From positions 1 through 13,031 of the forward strand of contig NW_021826390.1 in the NCBI RefSeq assembly GCF_006345805.1: 13,031 nt of DNA. Reading direction: 5' to 3'. Shown in pieces: positions 1 through 9,737 of this stretch. This stretch comes from Octopus sinensis. Taxonomy: Eukaryota. The translations under genes and the position numbers were made by a program. The notes beneath the pieces were generated by a model. That model was not told the origin of the DNA. It saw nothing but the letters and a program-made list of their open reading frames with translations, and made no database searches. Every line of letters starts with the position of its first letter. Within the stretch, counting starts at the first letter, position 1.

Positions 1-126
1 CTTATCGTAATTGTTTTTCAATAGGAAATAGTCTCGTTTCGCTTATTATGCGTCGTGTCTGTCTCAAGATGGCGCCTCGTCCGATTTAGAGCAGATTTAA
101 TGGTTTAATAAGTAAAGGGGACAGAC

Positions 127-141
127 GTGTGTGTGTTTGTG

Positions 142-205
<64 letters not shown>
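127..205. repeat. (GT)n microsatellite
   Basis: Near-perfect GT dinucleotide run read directly. Confidence 0.97.
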
Positions 206-208
<3 letters not shown>

Positions 209-329
209 GACATATATGCATGCATATATATATTTATATCAATAGATTTAGAAATATGTATGTAGATAGCTGCATACTTACATACGTACATCATTACACA
301 AATACACATACGCGCTAACATATATATAT

Positions 330-731
330 GTGGCTGTGTGGTAAGTAGCTTTTTTTACCAACCACGTGGTTCCGGGTTCAGTCCCACTGCATGGCACCTT
401 GGGCAAGTGTCTTCTACTATAGCCTCGGGCCGACCAAAGCCTTGTGAGTGGATTTGGTAGATGGAAACTGAAAGAAGCCTGTCGTATATATGTATATATG
501 TGTGTGTTGTGTGCATGTTTGTGTGTCTGTGTTTGTCCCCCTAGCATTGCTTGACAACCGATTCTGGTGTGTTTATGTCCCCGTCACTTAGAGGTTCGGC
601 AAAAGAGACCGATAGAATAAGTACTGGGCTTACAAAGAATAAGTCCCGGGGTCGAGTTGCTCGATTAAAGGCGGTGCTCCAGCATGGCTGCAGTCAAATG
701 ACTGAAACAAGTAAAAGAGAATAAAAGAGAA
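330..731 (+). mobile_element. tRNA-derived SINE, near full length (octopus-type family A)
   Basis: A-box-like TGGCTGTGTGG (331-341), B-box-like GGTTCAGTCC (375-384), internal TA/TG microsatellite, 3' end ...GACTGAAACAAGTAAAAGAG. Highly similar copy at 9898-10300 and an inverted copy at 4547-5008. Confidence 0.88.
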
Positions 732-771
732 TATATATATATATATATATGGGGGGTATACATATATATAG

Positions 772-915
772 TCTTTTATTCTTTTACTTGTTTCAGTCAT
801 TTGACTGCGGCCATGCTGGAGCACTGCCTTGAAGAGCTTTAGTCGAACAAATCGACCCCGCTAAGTTACGGGGACGCAAACACACCAACACCGGTTGTCA
901 AGCTGTGATGGGGGG
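772..915 (-). mobile_element. 3' fragment of SINE family A, inverted, internally deleted
   Basis: CTTTTACTTGTTTCAGTCATTTGACTGCGGCCATGCTGGAGCAC is essentially the reverse complement of the 3' end of the 330-731 SINE. Confidence 0.8.
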
Positions 916-931
916 TACACATCACACAACG

Positions 932-1056
932 GTACCGATAGACTAAGTACTAGGTTTTTTTAAAAAATAATTCCTGATGTCGATTTGTTCAACTAACACA
1001 CTCCAAGGTGGTGCTCCAGCATGGCCGCATTGAAATAACTGAAACAAGCAAAGCGA
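932..1056 (+). mobile_element. Diverged 3' fragment of SINE family A
   Basis: ACCGATAGACTAAGTACTAGG...GGTGGTGCTCCAGCATGGCCGC...ACTGAAACAAG matches 608-711. Confidence 0.72.
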
Positions 1057-1119
1057 ATTTTTAAAAAATCCACTTTCTTATCATATTGTACCGGAAACAT
1101 CTTTTAAAGTGTATCTCTT

Positions 1120-1876
1120 CAGATTTTTAATAGAGATTAGAGCCAGCACTGAATGTTAGGCCTTTTCGTATACAAATACGTCTATGTAAACAATGTGATT
1201 GACGATAGAGGAATGGGTAATGGGTGTAGATGCATATTTCAGGAGTTCTTGTTCTTTTTTCAGTGACGCATCCACCTTATTAATAATCATTCATGAACAC
1301 ATTGCTTAAATGGCCGCTAAATACAGCAAACCGGTTTTACTTATTAAACATTCCTGGAAGCTGGTACGTAAATACTAATAACCTGTAGGGAAGCGGTATT
1401 TCGTTAAGCAACCACAATATACTACAAAGTATGTTAAACACTTTTATAAGTCAACAACTGTGTTCTTCTGTGTTAGCAGTGCTATCACATCACTTGTTAA
1501 GGTTATTTCTACAGATTTTCTATAGAAATTATGGCCAGCACTGATCTTGTTACGACGTTTCGTATCCAGGATGCCAAATGTAAAGATGAGATAGAAAAGA
1601 TACCTATTTCATCTATTAAACACATTCCTGGAGACTGATATATAAATATTAATGACTTGTATGGACACGGTATTTCGTTAAGCAACCACAATATACTACA
1701 AAGTATGTTAAACACTTTTAGAAGTCAATACCTTGTCCTTCTGTGTTAGCAGTGCTATTAAATCCCTTTTTAAAGTTTAAGTAATGAGTGTATATGCCAT
1801 ATTTCATATTTCAGGAGCTATTGCCCCTTCACTAGCACCACCTCCATACTATTAACCATCTGTGAAGACATTGTTT
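1120..1876. repeat. Degenerate, rearranged local duplication
   Basis: 1394-1446 equals 1668-1720 (53 bp identical, similarity extending on both sides); 1120-1152 resembles 1512-1544; ~1217-1330 resembles ~1781-1876 and continues after the SINE at 2281. Confidence 0.75.
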
Positions 1877-2267
1877 GGATGGAAGCACTGCGTCGGTTAC
1901 GACGATGAGGGTTCCGGTTGATCCGAATCAACGGAACAGCCTGCTCGTGAAATTAACGTGCAAGTGGCTGAGCATTCCACAGACACGTGCACCCTTAACG
2001 TAATTCTCGGGGAGATTCAGCGTGACACAGAGAGTGACAAGGCCGGCCCCTTTGAAATACAGGTACAACAGAAACAGGAAGTAAGAGTGAGAGAAAGTTG
2101 TGGTGAAAGAGTACAGCAGGGATCACCACCATCCCCTTGCCGGAGCCTCGTGGAGCTTTTTAGGTGTTTTCGCTCAATAAACACTCACAACGCCCGGTCT
2201 GGGAATCGAAACTGCGATCCTATGACCGCGAGTCCGCTGCCCTAACCACTGGGCCATTGCGCCTCCA
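1877..2267 (-). mobile_element. tRNA-derived SINE, full length, with target-site duplication (family B)
   Basis: Minus-strand head GGAGGCGCAATGGCCCAGTGGTTAGGGCAGCGGACTCG...GTTTCGATTCCCAG with A and B boxes; flanked by GAAGACATTGTTT (1864-1876) and GAATACATTGTTT (2268-2280), a 13-bp TSD with 1 mismatch. Confidence 0.88.
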
Positions 2268-2591
2268 GAATACATTGTTTAAATAACCACTAAATTTATC
2301 GGTGTAACTCTTGGATATACCATTTTCGCATATCAAAACCATTCCTGGCAATTTCTACGAACACATCAACATGGATCGCAAAGTCTACGATTCTACGCCG
2401 TCTCTTTTGTCCCCTGTAACCATTGGAGCATGTCTTTGATGCGCGGTTCATTAACTGCGGAACTTATTTCCGAATTTTATCTTGTTTATTTTAGATTTAT
2501 TCGTATTTTTTTCCCCTATCCTTTCACGGTTAGTTTGGGAAATTGGAATCAAAGGGGTTCCTAAATAAAATCTGTGGAGAATCACTGATCT

Positions 2592-2598
2592 AGAGAGA

Positions 2599-2648
<50 letters not shown>

Positions 2649-2680
2649 TAGATAGATAGACAGACAGACAGATAGATATT

Positions 2681-2727
<47 letters not shown>

Positions 2728-2788
2728 GTGATAGACAGACAGACTGATAGACAGACAGATAGATAGATAGACAGACAGACTGATAGAC

Positions 2789-2855
<67 letters not shown>

Positions 2856-2896
2856 CAGATAGATAGACAGATAGATAGACAGACAGATATACAGAC

Positions 2897-2983
<87 letters not shown>

Positions 2984-3063
2984 GACAGACAGGCAGGTAG
3001 GCAGACATACAGACAGATAAATAGAGACAGGCAGAGACAGACAGACAGGTACATACATACATA
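2592..3063. repeat. Compound microsatellite (GA)n-(GATA/GACA)n-(TACA)n
   Basis: Read directly; explains the YLSI-repeat ORFs in three minus-strand frames. Confidence 0.97.
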
Positions 3064-3776
3064 CCAAGGACATTCTCAGAACCAGTAACCTCTCCTGGAC
3101 CTGCGATAAATCCATCACATCTCACTTGGAAGGCCACGCCTTTACTATCGAGCAACAGGAGACAGCTATTAAATACCTAATCAACACCACTGATAAGATT
3201 TCCTCTCGGCTTCTGCGTCGTAAATAGCAGAAAATGTTGATTGGGTCGAACCAGTGTGGAAGGCATCACTGCTATTATCAACAGCTGTCCAAAAATGTCC
3301 GCCGCAAGATATTATCTTCCCGTGAAACTCGACGTTGTCGCCAACATCGTTTGCAATGTTATACGTCGGAACTGATTTAAGTATGTTTACATCATTTGTG
3401 TACAGAAAGAAATTTTCTCTACGACAAAACACAGAGAATGGCCTATTTACGAGTCCAAACGTGCCACAACCATATTTGAACTGGTTATGACATTGGATTT
3501 ATACACTCCACTGCTTCGTGCTCCCCCTCCGTAATTTGTTTACGGTTAGCTGCCGCATGGCACTAATCAGTCACGGTACCGTAACTGAAATAGCATAAGA
3601 GAAACAATCTCTTTAATCAGTTCGTAGCGTCGCCTTGCCTGATGTCTGTTACCGAAGAGGGGATAACCACTCCGAAATGCTGGCCATAATTTCTATCGAA
3701 ATTATCGAACCCATTGCTTAAATACCCACTGAATACAGCATTGCAGCATTATTGAATATACCAATTTTACATATTA

Positions 3777-3985
3777 AACACAGAGGGGACAAACAAGGAT
3801 AGACAAAGGGATTAAGTCGATTACATCGACTCTAGTGCGTAACTGGTACTTTATTTATCGACCCCGAAAACCATGAAAGGGAAGTTCGACCTCGGCGGAA
3901 TTTGAACTCAAAACGTAAAAGGCGGCGGAAGACGTCGCTAAGTATTTTGTCCGGCGTGCTAACGATTCTGCCAGGCTCACCGTCT
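3777..3985 (-). mobile_element. tRNA-derived SINE (family C) with a MetaSINE-like central motif
   Basis: Minus strand: GGTGAGCCTGGCAGAATCGTTAGCACGCCGG...GAGTTCAAATTCC (B box)...CCTTTCATGGTTTTCGGGGTCGATAAATAAAGTACCAG. The last segment resembles the conserved CCTTCCATCCTTCCGAGGTCGGTAAAATGAGTACC-type SINE domain as recalled. Confidence 0.78.
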
Positions 3986-4425
3986 CAATAATATGGCAGT
4001 TTCATAACATACGGTTCATGGTTGAGATTTCACGGATCACTGAACGAAACACACACACATCGTCATTACCAATTTATGCGGGTCATCTACGGAGATGCCA
4101 GCGACTCAATGTCTCCCCTTTGCTCGTCACCCACTTCCAGCGCAGTGAGCCAGGCTGCTGGGACGGGTGGGATGGGGGTAAGGAAGGCAGTGAGATATAA
4201 GAAGGTAGGAGGAAGTTAGACGAAGCGAGAGAAAGAGAGGGAGAGGAGGAGGTAGATATATAAAGGTGAGAGAGAGACAGACAGAGAGAGTGAGGGGTGA
4301 GAAACGCGACGGCGGTGGAAAAACATGTCTTGGCGAAATGGTGCGGAAGTAGGTAAAATAACAGATTGTTTCTGATGGCTGTGGTCTTGGTAAAGGTGTG
4401 TGTCTGTGTGTATGCGTATGCGCAT

Positions 4426-4528
4426 GCGCAGGTTTGGCTGTGTGGTAAGAGGTAAGAAGCTTGCTTCCCAACGGCATGGTCCTGGGTTCAGTCCCACTGC
4501 GTGCCACCTTCGGCAAGTGTCGTCTGCC
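4426..4528 (+). mobile_element. 5' (tRNA head) fragment of SINE family A
   Basis: TGGCTGTGTGGTAAGA...GGGTTCAGTCCCACTGCGTGCCACCTTCGGCAAGTGTC matches 331-415. Confidence 0.8.
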
Positions 4529-4546
4529 ACATACAATATACACATA

Positions 4547-4751
4547 TTCTTTAATTCTTTTACTTGTTTCAGTAATCTGACCGCGGCCGTACTGGAGCAC
4601 CGCCTTAAAGATCATTTTTTTTTTTAGTTGAAGAAATCGATCTCAGGACTTATTCTTTGTAAGCCTAGCACTTATTCTATATTGGTTACTTTTGCCGAAC
4701 CGCAAAGTTACGATGACGTAAACATGCCAAGCGATGTTGGGAGGACAAACA

Positions 4752-4802
<51 letters not shown>

Positions 4803-5008
4803 TATATATATATATATATTATATATATATATATATAATAATATATATATATACACGACGGGCTTCTTCAGTTTCCGTCTATCAAATCCACTGACAAAGC
4901 TTTTGTCGGCCCAAGGCTATAGCGGAAGATACTTGCCCAAGGTGCTATGCAGTGGGACTGAACCCGGAATCGTGTCGTTGGGAAGCAAGCTTCTTACCAC
5001 GCAGCCTA
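4547..5008 (-). mobile_element. SINE family A, near full length, inverted, with expanded internal (CA)/(TA) tract
   Basis: Reverse-complement match to 330-731 from tail (CTTTTACTTGTTTCAG) to head (CTTCTTACCACGCAGCC). Confidence 0.85.
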
Positions 5009-5065
5009 TATATACGTGCATACACATGTATGTATATCTATCTAGTATAGCAAGCAATCAACCAA

Positions 5066-5067
<2 letters not shown>

Positions 5068-5114
<47 letters not shown>

Positions 5115-5117
5115 ATA
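5068..5117. repeat. (TA)n microsatellite abutting the tandem array
   Basis: Read directly. Confidence 0.92.
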
Positions 5118-5388
5118 ATTAATTATAGGGTGAGAGAATTAGATACTAATTTAATAGTATATCCATTCAACACCAGTGGCCTAGTGCTCCGAGAAACCTG
5201 GATTATATAATATTTTATAATTGATTATAATATTTTTACAAAATAAATATAAGAGAGTGGTCACTATATGGCTCACTCTAGCACCAGTTAATCCAAAAGG
5301 TTTCAACCACTAAAAATACATGTTTCCCATGAAAGTCAGTACGATTGTTAGCTCACACGGACAGGGCAAATAAAAAATAACAAAAATA

Positions 5389-5483
5389 CAGATTATTTTG
5401 GGACAATTGTTTCGCTATTAATGAATTAAATGTAATTTTACTTACAAAAAATCCACTTGTAGCTCATCGGCCAAAACTATCTG
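5389..5483 (-). ncRNA. Type I hammerhead ribozyme, copy 1 (predicted cut between 5402 and 5401)
   Basis: Minus RNA: CAGAU-AG-UUUUGG [CCGAUGA] GCUA...UAGC [GAA] AC-AAUU-GU [C] CCAAAA-UA-AUCUG. Stems I, II and III all pair. Confidence 0.8.
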
Positions 5484-5922
5484 GATGAAATCCACTCAAT
5501 CACACGCCAGATTTTACCATAACGATAAATACGCGTGTGGTTCAATTGGTTACATCCGACGTTATAATTCAATGCCCCACTAACAGCAGCGCGCCAAACT
5601 TTCACGGAAAACAAATACAGCATTTAGAAATAAATGCAGCATAATTATAATTAATTAATAAGGGTGAGAGAATTAGATACTAATTTAATAGTATATCCAT
5701 TCAACACCAAGTGGCCTAGTGCTCCGAGAACCTGGATTATTATAATATTTTATATATATTATAATATTTTTACAAAATAAATATAAGAGAGTGGTCACTA
5801 TATGGCTCACTCTAGCACCAGTTAATCCAAAAGGTTTCAACCACTAAAAATACATGTTTCCCATGAAAGTCAGTACGATTGTTAGCTCACACGGACAGGG
5901 CAAATAAAAAATAACAAAAATA

Positions 5923-6018
5923 CAGATTATTTTGGGACAATTGTTTCGCTATTAATGAATTAAATGTAATTTTACTTACAAAAAAATCCACTTGTAGCTC
6001 ATCGGCCAAAACTATCTG
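5923..6018 (-). ncRNA. Type I hammerhead ribozyme, copy 2
   Basis: Same motif as copy 1; C17 at 5936. Confidence 0.8.
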
Positions 6019-6452
6019 GATGAAATCCACTCAATCACACGCCAGATTTTACCATAACGATAATACGCGTGTGGTTCAATTGATTACATCCGACGTTATA
6101 ATTCAAATGCCCCAACTAACAGCGCGCCAAACTTTCACGGAAACCAAATACAGCATTTAGAAATATGCAGCATAATTATAATTAATTAATAAGGGTGAGA
6201 GAATTAGATACTATTTATAGTATATCCATTCAACACCAAGTGGCCTATGCTCCGAGAAACCTGGATTATTATAATATTTTATATATATTATAATATTTTT
6301 ACAAAATAATATAAGAGAGTGGTCACTATATGGCTCACTCTAGCACCAGTTAATCCAAAAAGGTTTTCAACCACTAAAAATACATGTTTCCCATGAAAGT
6401 CAGTACGATTGTTAGCTCACACGGACAGGGCAAATAAAAAATAACAAAAATA

Positions 6453-6548
6453 CAGATTATTTTGGGACAATTGTTTCGCTATTAATGAATTAAATGTAAT
6501 TTTACTTACAAAAAAATCCACTTGTAGCTCATCGGCCAAAACTATCTG
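6453..6548 (-). ncRNA. Type I hammerhead ribozyme, copy 3
   Basis: Same motif; C17 at 6466. Confidence 0.8.
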
Positions 6549-6985
6549 GATGAAATCCACTCAATCACACGCCAGATTTTACCATAACGATAAATACGCG
6601 CGTGGTTCAATTGATTACATCCGACGTTATAATTCAAATGCCCCAACTAACAGCGCGCCAAACTTTCACGGAAAACAAATACAGCATTTAGAATAAATGC
6701 AGCATAATATAATTAATTAATAAGGGTGAGAGAATTAGATACTAATTTAATAGTATATCCATTCAACACCAAGTGGCCTAGTGCTCCGAGAAACCTGGAT
6801 TATTATAATATTTTATAATATATTATAATATTTTTACAAAATAAATATAAGAGAGTGGTCACTATATGGCTCACTCTAGCACCAGTTAATCCAAAAGGTT
6901 TCACCACTAAAAATACATGTTTCCCATGAAAGTCAGTACGATTGTTAGCTCACACGCGACAGGGCAAATAAAAAATAACAAAATA

Positions 6986-7080
6986 CAGATTATTTTGGGA
7001 CAATTGTTTCGCTATTAATGAATTAAATGTAATTTTACTACAAAAAAATCCACTTGTAGCTCATCGGCCAAAACTATCTG
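6986..7080 (-). ncRNA. Type I hammerhead ribozyme, copy 4
   Basis: Same motif; C17 at 6999; 1-nt deletion in the distal part of stem II. Confidence 0.78.
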
Positions 7081-7515
7081 GATGAAATCCACTCAATCAC
7101 ACGCCAGATTTTACCATAACGATAAATACGCGTGTGGTTCAATTGGTTACATCCGACGTTTAATTCAAATGCCCCAACTAACAGCGCGCCAAACTTTCAC
7201 GGAAAACAAATACAGCATTTAGAAATAAATGCAGCATAATTATAATAATTAATAAGGGTGAGAGAATTAGATACTAATTTAATAGTATATCCATTCAACA
7301 CCAAGTGGCCTAGTGCTCCGAGAAACCTGGATTATTATAATATTTTATAATATTTATAATATTTTTACAAAATAAATATAAGAGAGTGGTCACTATATGG
7401 CTCACTCTAGCACCAGTTAATCCAAAAGGTTTCAACCACTAAAAATACATGTTTCCCATGAAAGTCAGTACGATTGTTAGCTCACACGGACAGGGCAAAT
7501 AAAAAATAAAAAATA

Positions 7516-7610
7516 CAGATTATTTTGGGACAATGTTTCGCTATTAATGAATTAAATGTAATTTTACTTACAAAAAAATCCACTTGTAGCTCATCGGCCA
7601 AAACTATCTG
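7516..7610 (-). ncRNA. Type I hammerhead ribozyme, copy 5
   Basis: Same motif; C17 at 7529; 1-nt deletion in the stem III palindrome (possibly sequencing error). Confidence 0.7.
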
Positions 7611-8048
7611 GATGAAATCCACTCAATCACACGCCAGATTTTACCATAACGATAAATACGCGTGTGGTTCAATTGATTACATCCGACGTTATAATTCAAA
7701 TGCCCCAACTAACAGCGCGCCAAACTTTCACGGAAAACAAATACAGCATTTAGAAATAAATGCAGCATAATTATAATTAATTAATAAGGGTGAGAGAATT
7801 AGATACTAATTTAATAGTATATCCATTCAACACCAAGTGGCCTAGTGCTCCGAGAAACCTGGATTATTATATATTTTATAATATATTATAATATTTTTAC
7901 AAAATAAATATAAGAGAGTGGTCACTATATGGCTCACTCTAGCACCAGTTAATCCAAAAGGTTTCAACCACTAAAAATACATGTTTCCCATGAAAGTCAG
8001 TACGATTGTTAGCTCACACGGACAGGGCAAATAAAAAATAACAAAATA

Positions 8049-8141
8049 CAGATTATTTGGGACAATTGTTTCGCTATTAATGAATTAATGTATTTTTACT
8101 TACAAAAAATCCACTTGTAGCTCATCGGCCAAAACTATCTG
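8049..8141 (-). ncRNA. Type I hammerhead ribozyme, copy 6
   Basis: Same motif; C17 at 8061; small homopolymer indels. Confidence 0.75.
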
Positions 8142-8580
8142 GATGAAATCCACTCAATCACACACGCCAGATTTTACCATAACGATAATACGCGTGTGGT
8201 TCAATTGATTACATCCGACGTTATAATTCAAATGCCCCAACTAACAGCGCGCCAAACTTTCACGAAAACAAATACAGCATTTAGAAATAAATGCAGCATA
8301 ATTATAATTAATTAATAAGGGTGAGAGAATTAGATACTAATTTAATAGTATATCCATTCAACACCAAGTGGCCTAGTGCTCCGAGAACCTGGATTATTAT
8401 AATATTTTATAATATATTATAATATTTTTACAAAATAAATATAAGAGAGTGTCACTATATGGCTCACTCTAGCACCATTTAATCCAAAAGGTTTCAACAC
8501 ACTAAAAATACATGTTTCCCATGAAAGTCAGTACGATTGTTAGCTCACACGGACAGGGCAAATAAAAAATAACAAAAATA

Positions 8581-8676
8581 CAGATTATTTTGGGACAATT
8601 GTTTCGCTATTAATGAATTAAATGTAATTTTACTTACAAAAAAATCCACTTGTAGCTCATCGGCCAAAACTATCTG
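8581..8676 (-). ncRNA. Type I hammerhead ribozyme, copy 7
   Basis: Same motif; C17 at 8594. Confidence 0.8.
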
Positions 8677-9113
8677 GATGAAATCCACTCAATCACACGC
8701 CAGATTTTACCATAACGATAAATACGCGTGTGGTTCAATTGGTTACATCCGACGTTATAATTCAAATGCCCCAACTAACAGCGCGCCAAACTTTCACCGG
8801 AAAACAAATACAGCATTTAGAAATAAATGCAGCATAATTATAATTAATTAATAAGGGTGAGAGAATTAGATACTAATTTAATAGTATATCCATTCAACAC
8901 CAAGTGGCCTAGTGCTCCGAGAAACCTGGATTATTATATATTTTATAATATATTATAATATTTTTAAAATAAATATAGAGAGTGGTCACTATATGGCTCA
9001 CTCTAGCACCAGTTAATCCAAAAGGTTTCAACCACTAACAATACATGTTTCCCATGAAAGTCAGTACGATTGTTAGCTCACACGGACAGGGCAAATAAAA
9101 AATAACAAAAATA

Positions 9114-9206
9114 CAGATTATTTTGGGACAATTGTTTCGCTATTATGAATTAAATTAATTTTACTTACAAAAAATCCACTTGTAGCTCATCGGCCAAAAC
9201 TATCTG
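9114..9206 (-). ncRNA. Type I hammerhead ribozyme, copy 8
   Basis: Same motif; C17 at 9127; small indels in the stem II extension. Confidence 0.76.
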
Positions 9207-9642
9207 GATGAAATCCACTCAATCACACGCCAGATTTTACCATAACGATAAATACGCGTGTGGTTCAATGATTACATCCGACGTTATAATTCAAATGCCC
9301 CAACTAACAGCGCGCCAAACTTTCACGGAAAACAAATACAGCATTTAGAAATAAATGCAGCATAATTATAATTAATTAATAAGGGTGAGAGAATTAGATA
9401 CTAATTATAGTATATCCATTCAACACCAAGTGGCCTAGTGCTCCGAGAAACCTGGATTATTATAATATTTTATAATATATTATAATATTTTTACAAAATA
9501 AATATAAGAGAGTGGTCACTATATGGCTCACTCTAGCACCAGTTAATCCAAAAGGTTTCAACCACTAAAAATACATGTTTCCCATGAAAGTCAGTACGAT
9601 TGTTAGCTCACACGGACAGGGCAATAAAAAATAACAAAAATA

Positions 9643-9737
9643 CAGATTATTTTGGGACAATTGTTTCGCTATTAATGAATTAAATGTAATTTTACTTACA
9701 AAAAAATCCACTTGTAGCTCATCGCCAAAACTATCTG
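9643..9737 (-). ncRNA. Type I hammerhead ribozyme, copy 9
   Basis: Same motif; C17 at 9656; one C missing from the CCGAUGA core (plus strand CATCGCC instead of CATCGGCC), either a real defect or a sequencing error. Confidence 0.62.

Noticed and set aside
20-95. CAAGATGGCG YY1-like motif, and a minus-strand CGGACGA...GCGAAAC hammerhead-like string
   Set aside because: A single short motif at the window edge with no promoter context; the hammerhead-like string lacks stem III/UH and a convincing stem I.
331-400. tRNA genes at SINE heads (also 2190-2266, 3890-3985 and 9898-9970)
   Set aside because: A and B boxes are present but there is no complete cloverleaf, and each continues into a SINE body.
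2451-3155. Long minus-strand ORFs (234, 178 and 124 aa)
   Set aside because: Open only because (TATC)n and (TC)n lack stop codons; low-complexity YLSI repeats in all three frames.
3063-3432. Possible minus-strand exon(s): 83-aa ORF and a GTATGT donor-like site at the microsatellite edge
   Set aside because: No recognisable domain, stops in adjoining frames, and the donor-like motif is part of the (TATG)n repeat.
4018-4219. GC-richer short ORFs ending near a GGTAAG donor-like site
   Set aside because: No acceptor context or homology recognisable; too short to support a CDS call.
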